From NCBI GenBank assembly GCA_038893995.1, contig JAWAQK010000038.1, positions 1 to 23,745 of the forward strand: a stretch of DNA of 23,745 nt. The letters are read 5' to 3'. Below, piece by piece: positions 14,885 to 23,231 of the stretch. The DNA comes from Candidatus Thorarchaeota archaeon. Lineage in GTDB: Archaea > Asgardarchaeota > Thorarchaeia > Thorarchaeales > Thorarchaeaceae. The notes beneath the pieces were generated by a model. The model was given only the letters and a program-made list of their open reading frames with translations. It did no database searches and was not told where the DNA came from. Within the stretch, counting starts at the first letter, position 1. Every line of letters begins with the position of its first letter. The translations under genes were made by a program, and so were the position numbers.

Positions 14885-16147
14885 ATGCCATATGACGTGT
14901 GCGTCGTGGGAGCTGGCCCGGCGGGTTCAACTTGTGCCAAGTACCTGGTCGAGAGAGGACTGAGAGTCATAGTCGTCGACCGTCAGGAGTTTCCTCGTGA
15001 CAAGCCCTGTGGCGGAGCTTTCTCGCCAGACCTGATCGACGATTTCCCCTACCTGAGAGGGCGGTCCTCCGAGTTCGTTGAGTCTGTATCGACATCGGGC
15101 GTCTTGTGGCCATCTAACCGGGGGGCGGGCCTCAGAGGAGGCGGCCCACTCATGATGGTACTGAGACGGAAGTTCGACCAGGTACTTCTCGAGGAGGCAC
15201 AAGATGCTGGTGCGGAGACCCTAATGGGATCCCACGTAAGGACGGCCCGAATCGGCCGTGAGTATTGTATGATGGATGTCTCGCCCGGACACGAGATACG
15301 TGCCAGAGTGGTCGTGGGCGCTGATGGTGCGAGCAGCACTGTCGCCAGGGCGGTTCACATCCGAAACCGCTGGCCTGCTGGCACGGTCACTGCATGCAGG
15401 GTCGCTGAGATTCCCGCCGGCGAGTCGTGGATAGAGTCTGCCTTCGGGAGAGAGAGGACCTACAGTTTCTACGCCAACCTTGGTGGGCAGCCTGGTTATG
15501 GCTGGGTGTTTCCGAAGATGCGTACCATCAATGTGGGGCTAGGGGTCGTGAGTACACACGCGAGATCCCTGTCTGTCCGATTCAAGCAGTTCGTCAGACT
15601 GCTCGAGAGGAAGGGCCACCTACCAAGAGAACCCGATCTGACCAGTGAGAGGGGTGCAATTGTGCCCACTGGCGGAGTGGTCGGGAAGACATATGCTGAC
15701 AGATGTCTCCTTGTGGGGGACTCCGCAGGAATGGTGAACCCCCTGACCGGCGGAGGCATCGCATACGCCATGCGCGCGGCAAGGGCTGCGGCGTCAGTCC
15801 TTGGCCACTGTCTGACGTCTGACAGACTTGACCGGGACTCCCTCTCAAGATACGAGACGGTCTGGAGAAGCGACTTCGGAAGAGAGATGCGCGGACTTCT
15901 CGTCGCCCAGCGCCTGTTCACAGGACCAATGGCAAATGTGCTGTTCGAGATTGGCTCAAGAGACAAGCTCCTGCAGAAACTCGTCTCCGACGCACTGGTG
16001 AGCAAGGGCGGCGATGAGCGCAACGAGATACTGAGGAGAGTAGTGGCCCGCCTTCTGAGAGTCTGCCTGGTCGAGGGCCTCCATCTCAGGAGTCTCAGTG
16101 GAAGTGCTAGGTCTGCCGGAAGGGATATATCTTCGGCAACGAACTGA
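14885..16147 (+). CDS. Geranylgeranyl reductase family FAD-dependent oxidoreductase
   Basis: YDVCVVGAGPAGS (Rossmann), PRDKPCGGA, RRKFDQVL, VVGADG, GYGWVFPK, LLVGDSAGMVNPLTGGGIAYAM. GGAGGT RBS. Confidence 0.92.
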   Translation: MPYDVCVVGAGPAGSTCAKYLVERGLRVIVVDRQEFPRDKPCGGAFSPDLIDDFPYLRGRSSEFVESVSTSGVLWPSNRGAGLRGGGPLMMVLRRKFDQVLLEEAQDAGAETLMGSHVRTARIGREYCMMDVSPGHEIRARVVVGADGASSTVARAVHIRNRWPAGTVTACRVAEIPAGESWIESAFGRERTYSFYANLGGQPGYGWVFPKMRTINVGLGVVSTHARSLSVRFKQFVRLLERKGHLPREPDLTSERGAIVPTGGVVGKTYADRCLLVGDSAGMVNPLTGGGIAYAMRAARAAASVLGHCLTSDRLDRDSLSRYETVWRSDFGREMRGLLVAQRLFTGPMANVLFEIGSRDKLLQKLVSDALVSKGGDERNEILRRVVARLLRVCLVEGLHLRSLSGSARSAGRDISSATN

Positions 16148-16182
16148 CGCGCAATATTGGCTTCAGGAAGGAGAGACAGGAA

Positions 16183-17859
16183 TTGGACAGACCATGGTTC
16201 AAGAACTATGTCCCCGGTACTCCTCATGAGATCAAGATACCTGAGGGACCTCTGTTCGGATACCTGGACCGTGCAGTTGCGGAGTTTCCGGACAACACGG
16301 CACTCTATTTTGAGGGAACTAAGATCACCTATCGCATGCTTGGCGAACTTGTGAACAGGGCAGCAAACGGCTTTCGGGCGCTCGGAGTGAAGAAGGGCGA
16401 CGCCGTTGCAATCATGCTACCGAATGTGCCACAGTTCGTCATTTCGTACTATGCTGCACTCAAGTGTGGTGCGATCGTGACTGCAATCAACCCGCTCAGC
16501 GTGCCGAAGGAGCTCCGCATCTATCTGCAGGACACCAAGGCGAAGGTCATGGTGACCCTGAACTTCTTCTACAAGGCTGTCAACTCCGTAAGGCAGGAGA
16601 GCAGCCTCGAGAAGGTCATTGTCACTGCTGGGTGGGACACACTGAGCAAGCTGAAACAGATCCTTGCTCCCAAGCTGGTCTACAGGCACGAGATGAAGGA
16701 GGTACCACCTCTTCAGGAGGGAGACCTATTGTGGAACGAGTGGATTTCACAACAGAGCCCCGAGCCGCCACCCCCCGTGAAGATCGACCCTGAGAACGAC
16801 ATTGCAGTGTTCCAGTTCACAGGAGGGACAACTGGAATACCAAAGGCGGCAATGCTCACTCACAACAATCTCAAGGCCAACTGTGAGCAGTGTGGTGCGT
16901 GGATGCAGTGGTTGGGTGAGAGGGGCAAGGAGATCTTCATGGCCGCACTACCACTTCAGCACATATTCGGACAGACGGTCTCCATGAACCTGGCCATCTC
17001 GTGGGGATGTGGAATCATTCTGATCACGGACCCCAGGAACATCAAGAAACTCCTCAAGGCAATCAACGACCTCAAGCCGACATACTTCCCGACGGTGGCA
17101 ACGATGGCAATTGCGATTTACAGTCATCCCGAGGTTGAGAAGTACAGCCTCAAGTCTCTCAAGCTGTCGATTGCAGGCGCCATGGCTCTCCCAGCCGAGG
17201 TCACCAAGAGGTTCGAGGAGGCTACAGACTCCATGATACTCGAAGGGTATGGTCTCTCAGAGGCCTCGCCGGTGACACACGCAAACCCCCTTGACAAGAA
17301 GCTGCGAAAGATAGGCTCGATTGGTCTTCCACTACCGAGTACTGACTGCAGGATAGTCGACCTGGAGAACAGGGACAAGGTCCTGCCATATGGTGAGGTG
17401 GGCGAACTGGCGGTCAAGGGTCCTCAGGTGATGAAGGGCTACCATAACCGACCTGATGAGACGGCCGCAGTGCTGACCAAGGACGGATGGCTCCTGACTG
17501 GCGACATAGCGAAGATGGACGAGGACGGATGGACCTACATCGTCGACAGGAAAAAGGACCTGATCAACGCAAGTGGATACAAGGTCTGGCCGAGAGAGGT
17601 GGAGGAGGTCCTCTACGAGCATCCGAGCGTCAAGGAGGCTGCAGTCATTGGTGTCCCTCACCAGACCAGGGGTGAGACCGTGAAGGCCTTCGTGGTGCTG
17701 CACCCAGGCAAGACTGCAACCGCCGAGGAGATACGCGAGTTCTGCAAGGGACGAATGGCGGCATACAAGGTGCCGACCGATGTGGAGTTCGTCGAAACCC
17801 TGCCTAAGACAATGGTGGGCAAGGTCTTGCGAAGAGAACTCAGGGAGCAGACCAAGTAG
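16183..17859 (+). CDS. fadD: Long-chain-fatty-acid--CoA ligase (FadD-like, ANL superfamily)
   Basis: QFTGGTTGIPKAAMLTH (AMP-binding), EGYGLSEASP, GELAVKGPQVMKGY, WLLTGDIA, IVDRKKDLI, LPKTMVGKVLRR. Confidence 0.95.
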   Translation: MDRPWFKNYVPGTPHEIKIPEGPLFGYLDRAVAEFPDNTALYFEGTKITYRMLGELVNRAANGFRALGVKKGDAVAIMLPNVPQFVISYYAALKCGAIVTAINPLSVPKELRIYLQDTKAKVMVTLNFFYKAVNSVRQESSLEKVIVTAGWDTLSKLKQILAPKLVYRHEMKEVPPLQEGDLLWNEWISQQSPEPPPPVKIDPENDIAVFQFTGGTTGIPKAAMLTHNNLKANCEQCGAWMQWLGERGKEIFMAALPLQHIFGQTVSMNLAISWGCGIILITDPRNIKKLLKAINDLKPTYFPTVATMAIAIYSHPEVEKYSLKSLKLSIAGAMALPAEVTKRFEEATDSMILEGYGLSEASPVTHANPLDKKLRKIGSIGLPLPSTDCRIVDLENRDKVLPYGEVGELAVKGPQVMKGYHNRPDETAAVLTKDGWLLTGDIAKMDEDGWTYIVDRKKDLINASGYKVWPREVEEVLYEHPSVKEAAVIGVPHQTRGETVKAFVVLHPGKTATAEEIREFCKGRMAAYKVPTDVEFVETLPKTMVGKVLRRELREQTK

Positions 17860-17977
17860 ACAGACTCTAAAGAGCGAGGGAGATCCATCCGGAACCCTCG
17901 CACCGTTCTTTCTTATCCCTCTTGATCATGCGTGTGATGGCCTCTCACGACAGTCCGGGCCAGGACCGTGAGGAGAC

Positions 17978-18538
17978 TCAGTCTACTCGGTGGAACAGAT
18001 CAGACCGATACCCGGTTATCAGTGCATGGACCTCGGGTCGTCCAAGTAGCTTGCGACGAGCCTCAGAGAGGTTGTTTATCACGCAGGCTATTCCAATGAC
18101 TGTGGCGCCCAGCTTCTCTACCAGCTGTGTCACCGCGAGGACTGTGGTTCCCTGGACCAACCAGTCGTCTACCACCGCAACTCTATCACCGGGGTCAATC
18201 GAGTCAGAGACCAGTGCCAACCTCCTGTCTGCGAACCTCTCCGACGGTAGGAACTCGACTGGTCGATGGTAGTCTTCTGGTAAGTAGGCGATGGAGCGAA
18301 CGGGCACTATTCCGCAACCGAGATAGTAGGCTATTGCACTTCCCAGAGCAAGTCCTCTCTGTTCAACTCCTATGACCTTGTTGGGTTTCAGCTCAACGAA
18401 CGGTCGTGCCAGGTCAGACACGGCCTGATGAAATACGCTGGGGTCTTCAAGAAGCCTGCTTATGTCACAGACAGCCTTGCCCGGCTCAGGCCAGTCAGTT
18501 ATGACGTCCACGTAGTCGCGATAGTCTATTCCTGCCAT
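17978..18538 (-). CDS. Adenine phosphoribosyltransferase-like type I PRTase (divergent)
   Basis: DWPEPG...DISRLL (APRT N-terminal DFP.PG..F.DI pattern), VIGVEQRG, PRPP loop VAVVDDWLVQGTT. Confidence 0.8.
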   Translation of the reverse strand: MAGIDYRDYVDVITDWPEPGKAVCDISRLLEDPSVFHQAVSDLARPFVELKPNKVIGVEQRGLALGSAIAYYLGCGIVPVRSIAYLPEDYHRPVEFLPSERFADRRLALVSDSIDPGDRVAVVDDWLVQGTTVLAVTQLVEKLGATVIGIACVINNLSEARRKLLGRPEVHALITGYRSDLFHRVD

Positions 18539-18587
18539 CTCAGTCTCGTCGCTAGCTTTCGACAGATGCCAGTCATATCTCTTTCTG

Positions 18588-19949
18588 TTGACCGCGAACT
18601 CGAAACAGTTAAGACCATGGCCTCCGAAATCGTTGCCAGCACCACTTCTAGGAGCGTTAGTCTTTCAATTGATCGTACCGGGGACGACTGTTGCACTGAC
18701 TCTGGTACCAGGATACGTCGAGATACGCGACAAAGGCCTGGTACAGAAGAAGGTCAAGACCAGGAACAGGTCGTTCGACGAGGTCGTCGAGGATGTCGAG
18801 GCCTACTTCCGCAGCAGGGGCAAGATACTGGCCCCGGGGCTGGCCAGAGAGACACTGGTCAAGATCGGACTCCCACAGGCTAGACTGATAGTAGGCCCCG
18901 AGGATTCCGAGAGCAAAGTCGGTGCAGAGGTACCTGTTCGGCCTGCCGTTGCCCGGACCGAAGTCATTGAGCGCTCTGTCTTGACTCCGTCAGACCAGAC
19001 CGTGATGGCGGAGATGCGAAGTCCGGAACTGGTCTCGAACTCAGTGGCTGAGGCTCCCTCAGTAGACGAGCTTCTACAGGCAAGGCCAGTGGTCGCAACA
19101 GACCGGGGCGGAGTCCTGAGAGAATCAGACCTGCAGGACATCCACTCGGCGCTCGATGCGGTGGAGCGACTGAGTGACTCGTTCATGACTGCTTCTCCGG
19201 AGTCGACGCAACCTCCAGCCAGACCTGCTATCCGGCTCGAGGGCTCCGAAGAGCTAGTTGCATCGTCAAGGACATTTGCGACGACGGTCAGACCGGTAGC
19301 CACGCCTACCACGAGCCCGACAGCAACCGCCTCGGTGCCAACGGAGTCTGCAACCATAACTTCGATACCTCATACTGAGAGTGTCTCCTCTGTCTACGTT
19401 GTCAAACCTCTTGTCAAGATCAAGGCATTGCTGCTTGGAGAGGACAACGTCGGAAAGCATACCCTACTGGAGAAGGCAGGATTCGTACTCAGCGAGGGCA
19501 TGCCGTACGTCTACAATCGAGTGGTTGAACTCGAGAACCATCGCGTCAGTATGGATGTCTGGTTGTTCGACGATGCTGTGAGGGCGAAGGTCACCAGGAA
19601 GATGTTCTATGGCGGGCCCGACGTGATCCTTGTCGTCTACTCCGCATCGGACAGATGGAGCTACGAGAGTCTTGACTTCTGGACAAAGGAGGTATCAGTG
19701 AACGTGCCGTCGGTACCGCCGATCGTGATAGTCGGAAACAAGAAGGACCAGAGGGAGCAAGTTCAGGAGTCCCAGATGCCGCCTGTGTCCGCCGAAGAGG
19801 GAGTTGCATACGCGGAATCGCTCGCAGCCAAGTTGGGGATAGGTGACCGGGTACACCCTGTGGCCTTTGTAGAGACCTCCTGTACACTGGGCGAGGGTGT
19901 GATGGAAACCTTCCGCGTTGCCGCAGACTTGTCGATCCGTGGCAAGTGA
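18588..19949 (+). CDS. Ras/Rab-superfamily-like small GTPase domain (degenerate) with ~275-aa N-terminal extension
   Basis: C-terminal G domain: KALLLGEDNVGKH (G1), MDVWLFDDA (G3 position), ILVVYSASDRWSYESL..W, IVIVGNKKD (G4), FVETSC..GEGV.ETF (G5). An N-terminal globular-looking segment is followed by a Pro/Thr/Ser-rich linker. Confidence 0.85.
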   Translation: MTANSKQLRPWPPKSLPAPLLGALVFQLIVPGTTVALTLVPGYVEIRDKGLVQKKVKTRNRSFDEVVEDVEAYFRSRGKILAPGLARETLVKIGLPQARLIVGPEDSESKVGAEVPVRPAVARTEVIERSVLTPSDQTVMAEMRSPELVSNSVAEAPSVDELLQARPVVATDRGGVLRESDLQDIHSALDAVERLSDSFMTASPESTQPPARPAIRLEGSEELVASSRTFATTVRPVATPTTSPTATASVPTESATITSIPHTESVSSVYVVKPLVKIKALLLGEDNVGKHTLLEKAGFVLSEGMPYVYNRVVELENHRVSMDVWLFDDAVRAKVTRKMFYGGPDVILVVYSASDRWSYESLDFWTKEVSVNVPSVPPIVIVGNKKDQREQVQESQMPPVSAEEGVAYAESLAAKLGIGDRVHPVAFVETSCTLGEGVMETFRVAADLSIRGK

Positions 19950-20187
19950 GAGAGACAGAGACGGGCAACGTGTCAAGTGGCCTGACTGAAGGACCCCAAC
20001 TGTCTCTGGGTTCAGTATCCCCGCCGACGGGAATAGGATGGACCCTGCTCCGACTACGTGTCGATGGAGCCGGAGACCGATCTACCCTGTGACCCTGCCA
20101 GACAAGTCGTGATGCTGGCGTCAGTGACGAGTGAAGATATATGCAACTTTGTAGATGATTCTTCCTCGACGTAGGTGCACGGTGACC

Positions 20188-20493
20188 ATGGCCGATATCT
20201 GTGAGAGTTGTGGCAAGGAGATGGAGCCCTTTGGCAGAGCCCGTACACTCGAAGAGACCTTCCTGGATGAGCAACGGAGGCGCCTCAGTATATGCGTTGA
20301 ATGCTTCAACAAGCGCTTCAAGATAGTAGCCAGGAAGTCAGGGGGGTATGGTGGCACCGTGTATTCACTTGAGGAGAAACCACCGCCCAGATTCGGCGTG
20401 GGAAGTCAGAGGTTTTCTTGCCTGAAATGTGAATGGGTGGCCTGGACTGAACAGGGTCTTGCAGAGCATATGAGAAAGCGTCACCCCAAATAA
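20188..20493 (+). CDS. Small zinc-finger protein: N-terminal C4 plus C-terminal classical C2H2 finger
   Basis: In-frame ATG 20188 (ORF track start 20155) with AGGTG/GGTGA upstream and a GATATAT TATA-like element near 20136. CESC...CVEC, then F-S-C-x2-C-x12-H-x4-H (FSCLKCEWVAWTEQGLAEHMRKRH). Confidence 0.85.
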   Translation: MADICESCGKEMEPFGRARTLEETFLDEQRRRLSICVECFNKRFKIVARKSGGYGGTVYSLEEKPPPRFGVGSQRFSCLKCEWVAWTEQGLAEHMRKRHPK

Positions 20494-20505
20494 GGGGGCC
20501 GAGAC

Positions 20506-21168
20506 TCACGATGGCACCTGTCTGGTCTCGCCGACTATCTCGTGTCCGACGATCCTGAGACCGTGTACCCGCCTGACCGCGCTCTGAAGCATTCCCATTC
20601 GGTATATTGTCGTACGGGCACCCGGTCCCTGGAGCCAGCCAACAGTGGCCAGGTCAAGGCGGTCGTTGCGTGAGAAGTAGGCCCTGAGATCGTCAGCAAT
20701 CGCTGTCTGTCTGTCGAGCATGGCAATGGCATATCCCAGACTTGGAGCTGCGAATCCCAACAGCACCCACACGAGCGAAGACACTGGATCTGAGCCAAAG
20801 TACTCATAGAAGAACATGAAACCGGACATCATCGGCTGTAGCAGGGCAACGAGTACCAGCAGGAGCGCTATGTGTTGAGACATCTCGTCACTACCCAGGC
20901 CAGCAATGCCGATCACATCCTGGTCCGGAGGCACAAGGTACACCAGTACTGCTCCGGACGATATTCCCACGACCAGAACTGAGACCGCAATCAGGATCAG
21001 ATAATCCACTGGCCGTTGGTCCCAAACGGAAGGAAAACCCAGGTGCGACTGTACAAGCAATACTAGGGCTATCAGGCCGCCTCCAGTCAGGAACCCCTTC
21101 CAGCTGAAGAACTCGTAGCTCATCGCTAGTTCATCAGTCATCCCGATCTTTGACTCATCGACGTGCAT
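20506..21168 (-). CDS. Hypothetical 4-TM membrane protein with soluble C-terminal tail
   Basis: 220-aa ORF with four hydrophobic segments; no family motif recognised. Confidence 0.75.
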   Translation of the reverse strand: MHVDESKIGMTDELAMSYEFFSWKGFLTGGGLIALVLLVQSHLGFPSVWDQRPVDYLILIAVSVLVVGISSGAVLVYLVPPDQDVIGIAGLGSDEMSQHIALLLVLVALLQPMMSGFMFFYEYFGSDPVSSLVWVLLGFAAPSLGYAIAMLDRQTAIADDLRAYFSRNDRLDLATVGWLQGPGARTTIYRMGMLQSAVRRVHGLRIVGHEIVGETRQVPS

Positions 21169-21326
21169 ACTATTATATGACTAGAGATGTCTGAGTCGGT
21201 ATAAACATTTGTGATGACTCGCTGACAGCAGGTGCCTTCTCCTGGGCCGTCTGAAGGCACCGGCCCCACCGGAGTGTACCGATACTCGCCGGAATGCGAA
21301 GTCCGGGCTGCTGGAGGTCACCACTT

Positions 21327-22022
21327 GTGAGAGGGATCATCGCGCAACTGAGCTCCGTGACCAAGACGTACAGAATGGGAAGAGTCGAGGTGAATGCGCT
21401 ACGCGGGGTCGATCTCGAGATCGACAGGGGGGCGTCGATTGGCATCATGGGCCCTAGTGGGTGTGGAAAGACGACCCTGCTCAACATCCTCGGCACACTC
21501 GACAGGCCTACCTCTGGTCAGGTCATCATTGACGGGACCGATGTGACTGACATGTCCGAGAGGCAACTGACATCAATCAGGCGCGAGAAAATAAGCCTGG
21601 TCTTTCAGTTCTACAATCTGCTGCCGGCCCTGACAGCATTCGAGAACGTCGAGATCCCGCTCGTGATAGCAGGTGTTGATGAGCATGTCCGGAGAGAGAG
21701 AGTGATGCATCTGCTCGAGCTCGTGGGTCTGTCACATAGGGCTGACCACAGACCCGATGAACTCTCAGGCGGTGAGCAACAGAGGGTCGCCATTGCCAGA
21801 GCTCTTGCCAAGCCCCCGGGCGCTCCCGGTTCTACACTGGTGCTGGCAGACGAACCTACTGGTGATCTTGATACGACCACTGGTGATGAAGTGATGGAGA
21901 CTCTGATCCGCGTCACGAGACAGGAGGGCAGCACGTTGGTGGTGGTCACCCACGATATTGGCATCGCTCGGAAGATGGACCGAGTGGTGAACATGAGGGA
22001 TGGGAGGATAGTCGACGGTTGA
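21327..22022 (+). CDS. ABC transporter ATP-binding protein, LolD/MacB-like
   Basis: GPSGCGKTT, VFQFYNLLPALTAFENV, LSGGEQQRVAIARAL, LADEPTGDLD, VVVTHD. In-frame GTG 21327 follows a GGAGGT RBS (ORF track start 21294). Confidence 0.93.
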   Translation: MRGIIAQLSSVTKTYRMGRVEVNALRGVDLEIDRGASIGIMGPSGCGKTTLLNILGTLDRPTSGQVIIDGTDVTDMSERQLTSIRREKISLVFQFYNLLPALTAFENVEIPLVIAGVDEHVRRERVMHLLELVGLSHRADHRPDELSGGEQQRVAIARALAKPPGAPGSTLVLADEPTGDLDTTTGDEVMETLIRVTRQEGSTLVVVTHDIGIARKMDRVVNMRDGRIVDG

Positions 22023-22121
22023 CCTGAGTGCCCTCATGAACTAGTGTCTACAATCCAACAGGTAGTCCAGCGGTCAGACAGACAGCAATGCCTTTATCCA
22101 TGCTGTGCAGTCGATTGGTCT

Positions 22122-22376
22122 ATGAGCGAGACAGTGAAGATGCCCTGGTCATTCTACTCAACACTCATCTCGTTCGGAGTGTTCTTCTTCTGTCTGAATG
22201 TGTTCATCTTCACGAGAGGCACAGAGCACCCTCTCGCTGGCCCGTGGATGATCATCGGTATCTTCGTGGGGCTCGCTGGACTGATCTTCTCGTGGCGCAT
22301 GGTCAGGATCCACCAGAGAGAACTCATCGAGAGGAAGAGGTCACGAGAGGCCACCGCCACCACCACCAGTTCATGA
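22122..22376 (+). CDS. Small 2-TM membrane protein (84 aa)
   Basis: MSETVKMPWSFYSTLISFGVFFFCLNVFIF...WMIIGIFVGLAGLIFSW followed by a basic tail. A CTTTATCC element about 25 nt upstream of ATG 22122 fits a leaderless transcript. Confidence 0.7.
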   Translation: MSETVKMPWSFYSTLISFGVFFFCLNVFIFTRGTEHPLAGPWMIIGIFVGLAGLIFSWRMVRIHQRELIERKRSREATATTTSS

Positions 22377-23012
22377 TTCCCGATATCCCTCTAGTCTCCG
22401 CGCCTCGCTCGAGGCGATCATGTGCGCAAGACGGATCGGTTCTGGTACCGAGTGACGAGTGCACGCCCTCACGATGTCGACGGCCGTCTGAAGGCTGATG
22501 TTGTTGCCCACCGAGACGTAGATGGGCCTCGTTCGACCCCCGAGGTAGAGCGCACGGCCAAGCTCGTCTCCGTCCACAATGACTGGCGCTGAGTCGCCAT
22601 TCCTCTCTCCGACCCTGCCCAATAGTAGACTCTTTGCAACTCCAATCGTCACGGCGCCCAGCTCCACCCCAATGCTGCTAGCCAGACCACATCTCCGCGG
22701 ATGCAGGACCCCATTACCGTCCACGAGCACGGGGTGCCTCAGGTCCATCTGCTCAAGAGCCCTCACCATGACCGCCCCCTCCCTCATGGATAGCAGACCA
22801 GGCATGTAGGGTGCCCATACCCTCGAAACGACGTGGTGACACTCCAGCATGGCCAGCGTCGTACGGTCTAGACTGACTGCACATGCCACCTGAAGGTCCT
22901 CGGCGTACGCAACGTCTACACCTATCAGCCTGCTTACGTCCATCCAGTCTGCATCCATCTGACTGACCCGCACGGCATCGGCCATCTGGCGGAGAACAAC
23001 ACGATCATCCAA
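22371..23012 (-). CDS. nfi: Endonuclease V (deoxyinosine 3' endonuclease)
   Basis: IGVDVAY, wedge PYMPGLLSMRE, VLVDGNGVLHPRRCGLAS, TIGVAKS, PIYVSVG, PEPIRLAH. Probable TTG start 23012 after GGAGG (ORF track start 23060). Confidence 0.92.
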   Translation of the reverse strand: MDDRVVLRQMADAVRVSQMDADWMDVSRLIGVDVAYAEDLQVACAVSLDRTTLAMLECHHVVSRVWAPYMPGLLSMREGAVMVRALEQMDLRHPVLVDGNGVLHPRRCGLASSIGVELGAVTIGVAKSLLLGRVGERNGDSAPVIVDGDELGRALYLGGRTRPIYVSVGNNISLQTAVDIVRACTRHSVPEPIRLAHMIASSEARRLEGYRES

Positions 23013-23109
23013 CCCAGAACATCCTCCAGACGTACTTGTCACCGGGTAGGTCACTTGCACGTGTTTCAGGACCCCTCATGTCCAACATGGAGACGGTCGA
23101 CCTCGTCCT

Positions 23110-23231
23110 CGTCGCCTAGTCTTCCCTCAAGCCTTTATAAGGCGGCAGCACAACCGGCGGTTTTAGAAAAACCGACAAAAAACAGGTCACCATAATCCTT
23201 ATCTTGTCGAGAATCGCTATAAACCATAGCG
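23110..23231 (+). promoter_or_regulatory. CRISPR leader
   Basis: Non-coding, A-rich stretch directly before repeat 1. TTTATAA at 23134-23140. Short inverted repeats CGGTTTT/AAAACCG (23158-23174) and CGCTAT/ATAGCG (23215-23231). Confidence 0.75.

Noticed and set aside
15496-16227. 243-aa antisense ORF, and similar shadow ORFs (e.g. 19591-20274, 18803-19357, 10387-10887, 12217-12723)
   Set aside because: They lie opposite or across well-supported genes, have Ser/Arg/Pro-rich non-protein-like composition, and are expected in GC-rich coding DNA.
22371-23012. Nuclease next to the CRISPR leader as a possible cas gene
   Set aside because: Its motifs are those of ordinary endonuclease V with a full catalytic set; no Cas1, Cas2, Cas4 or Cas6 motifs are seen in the window.
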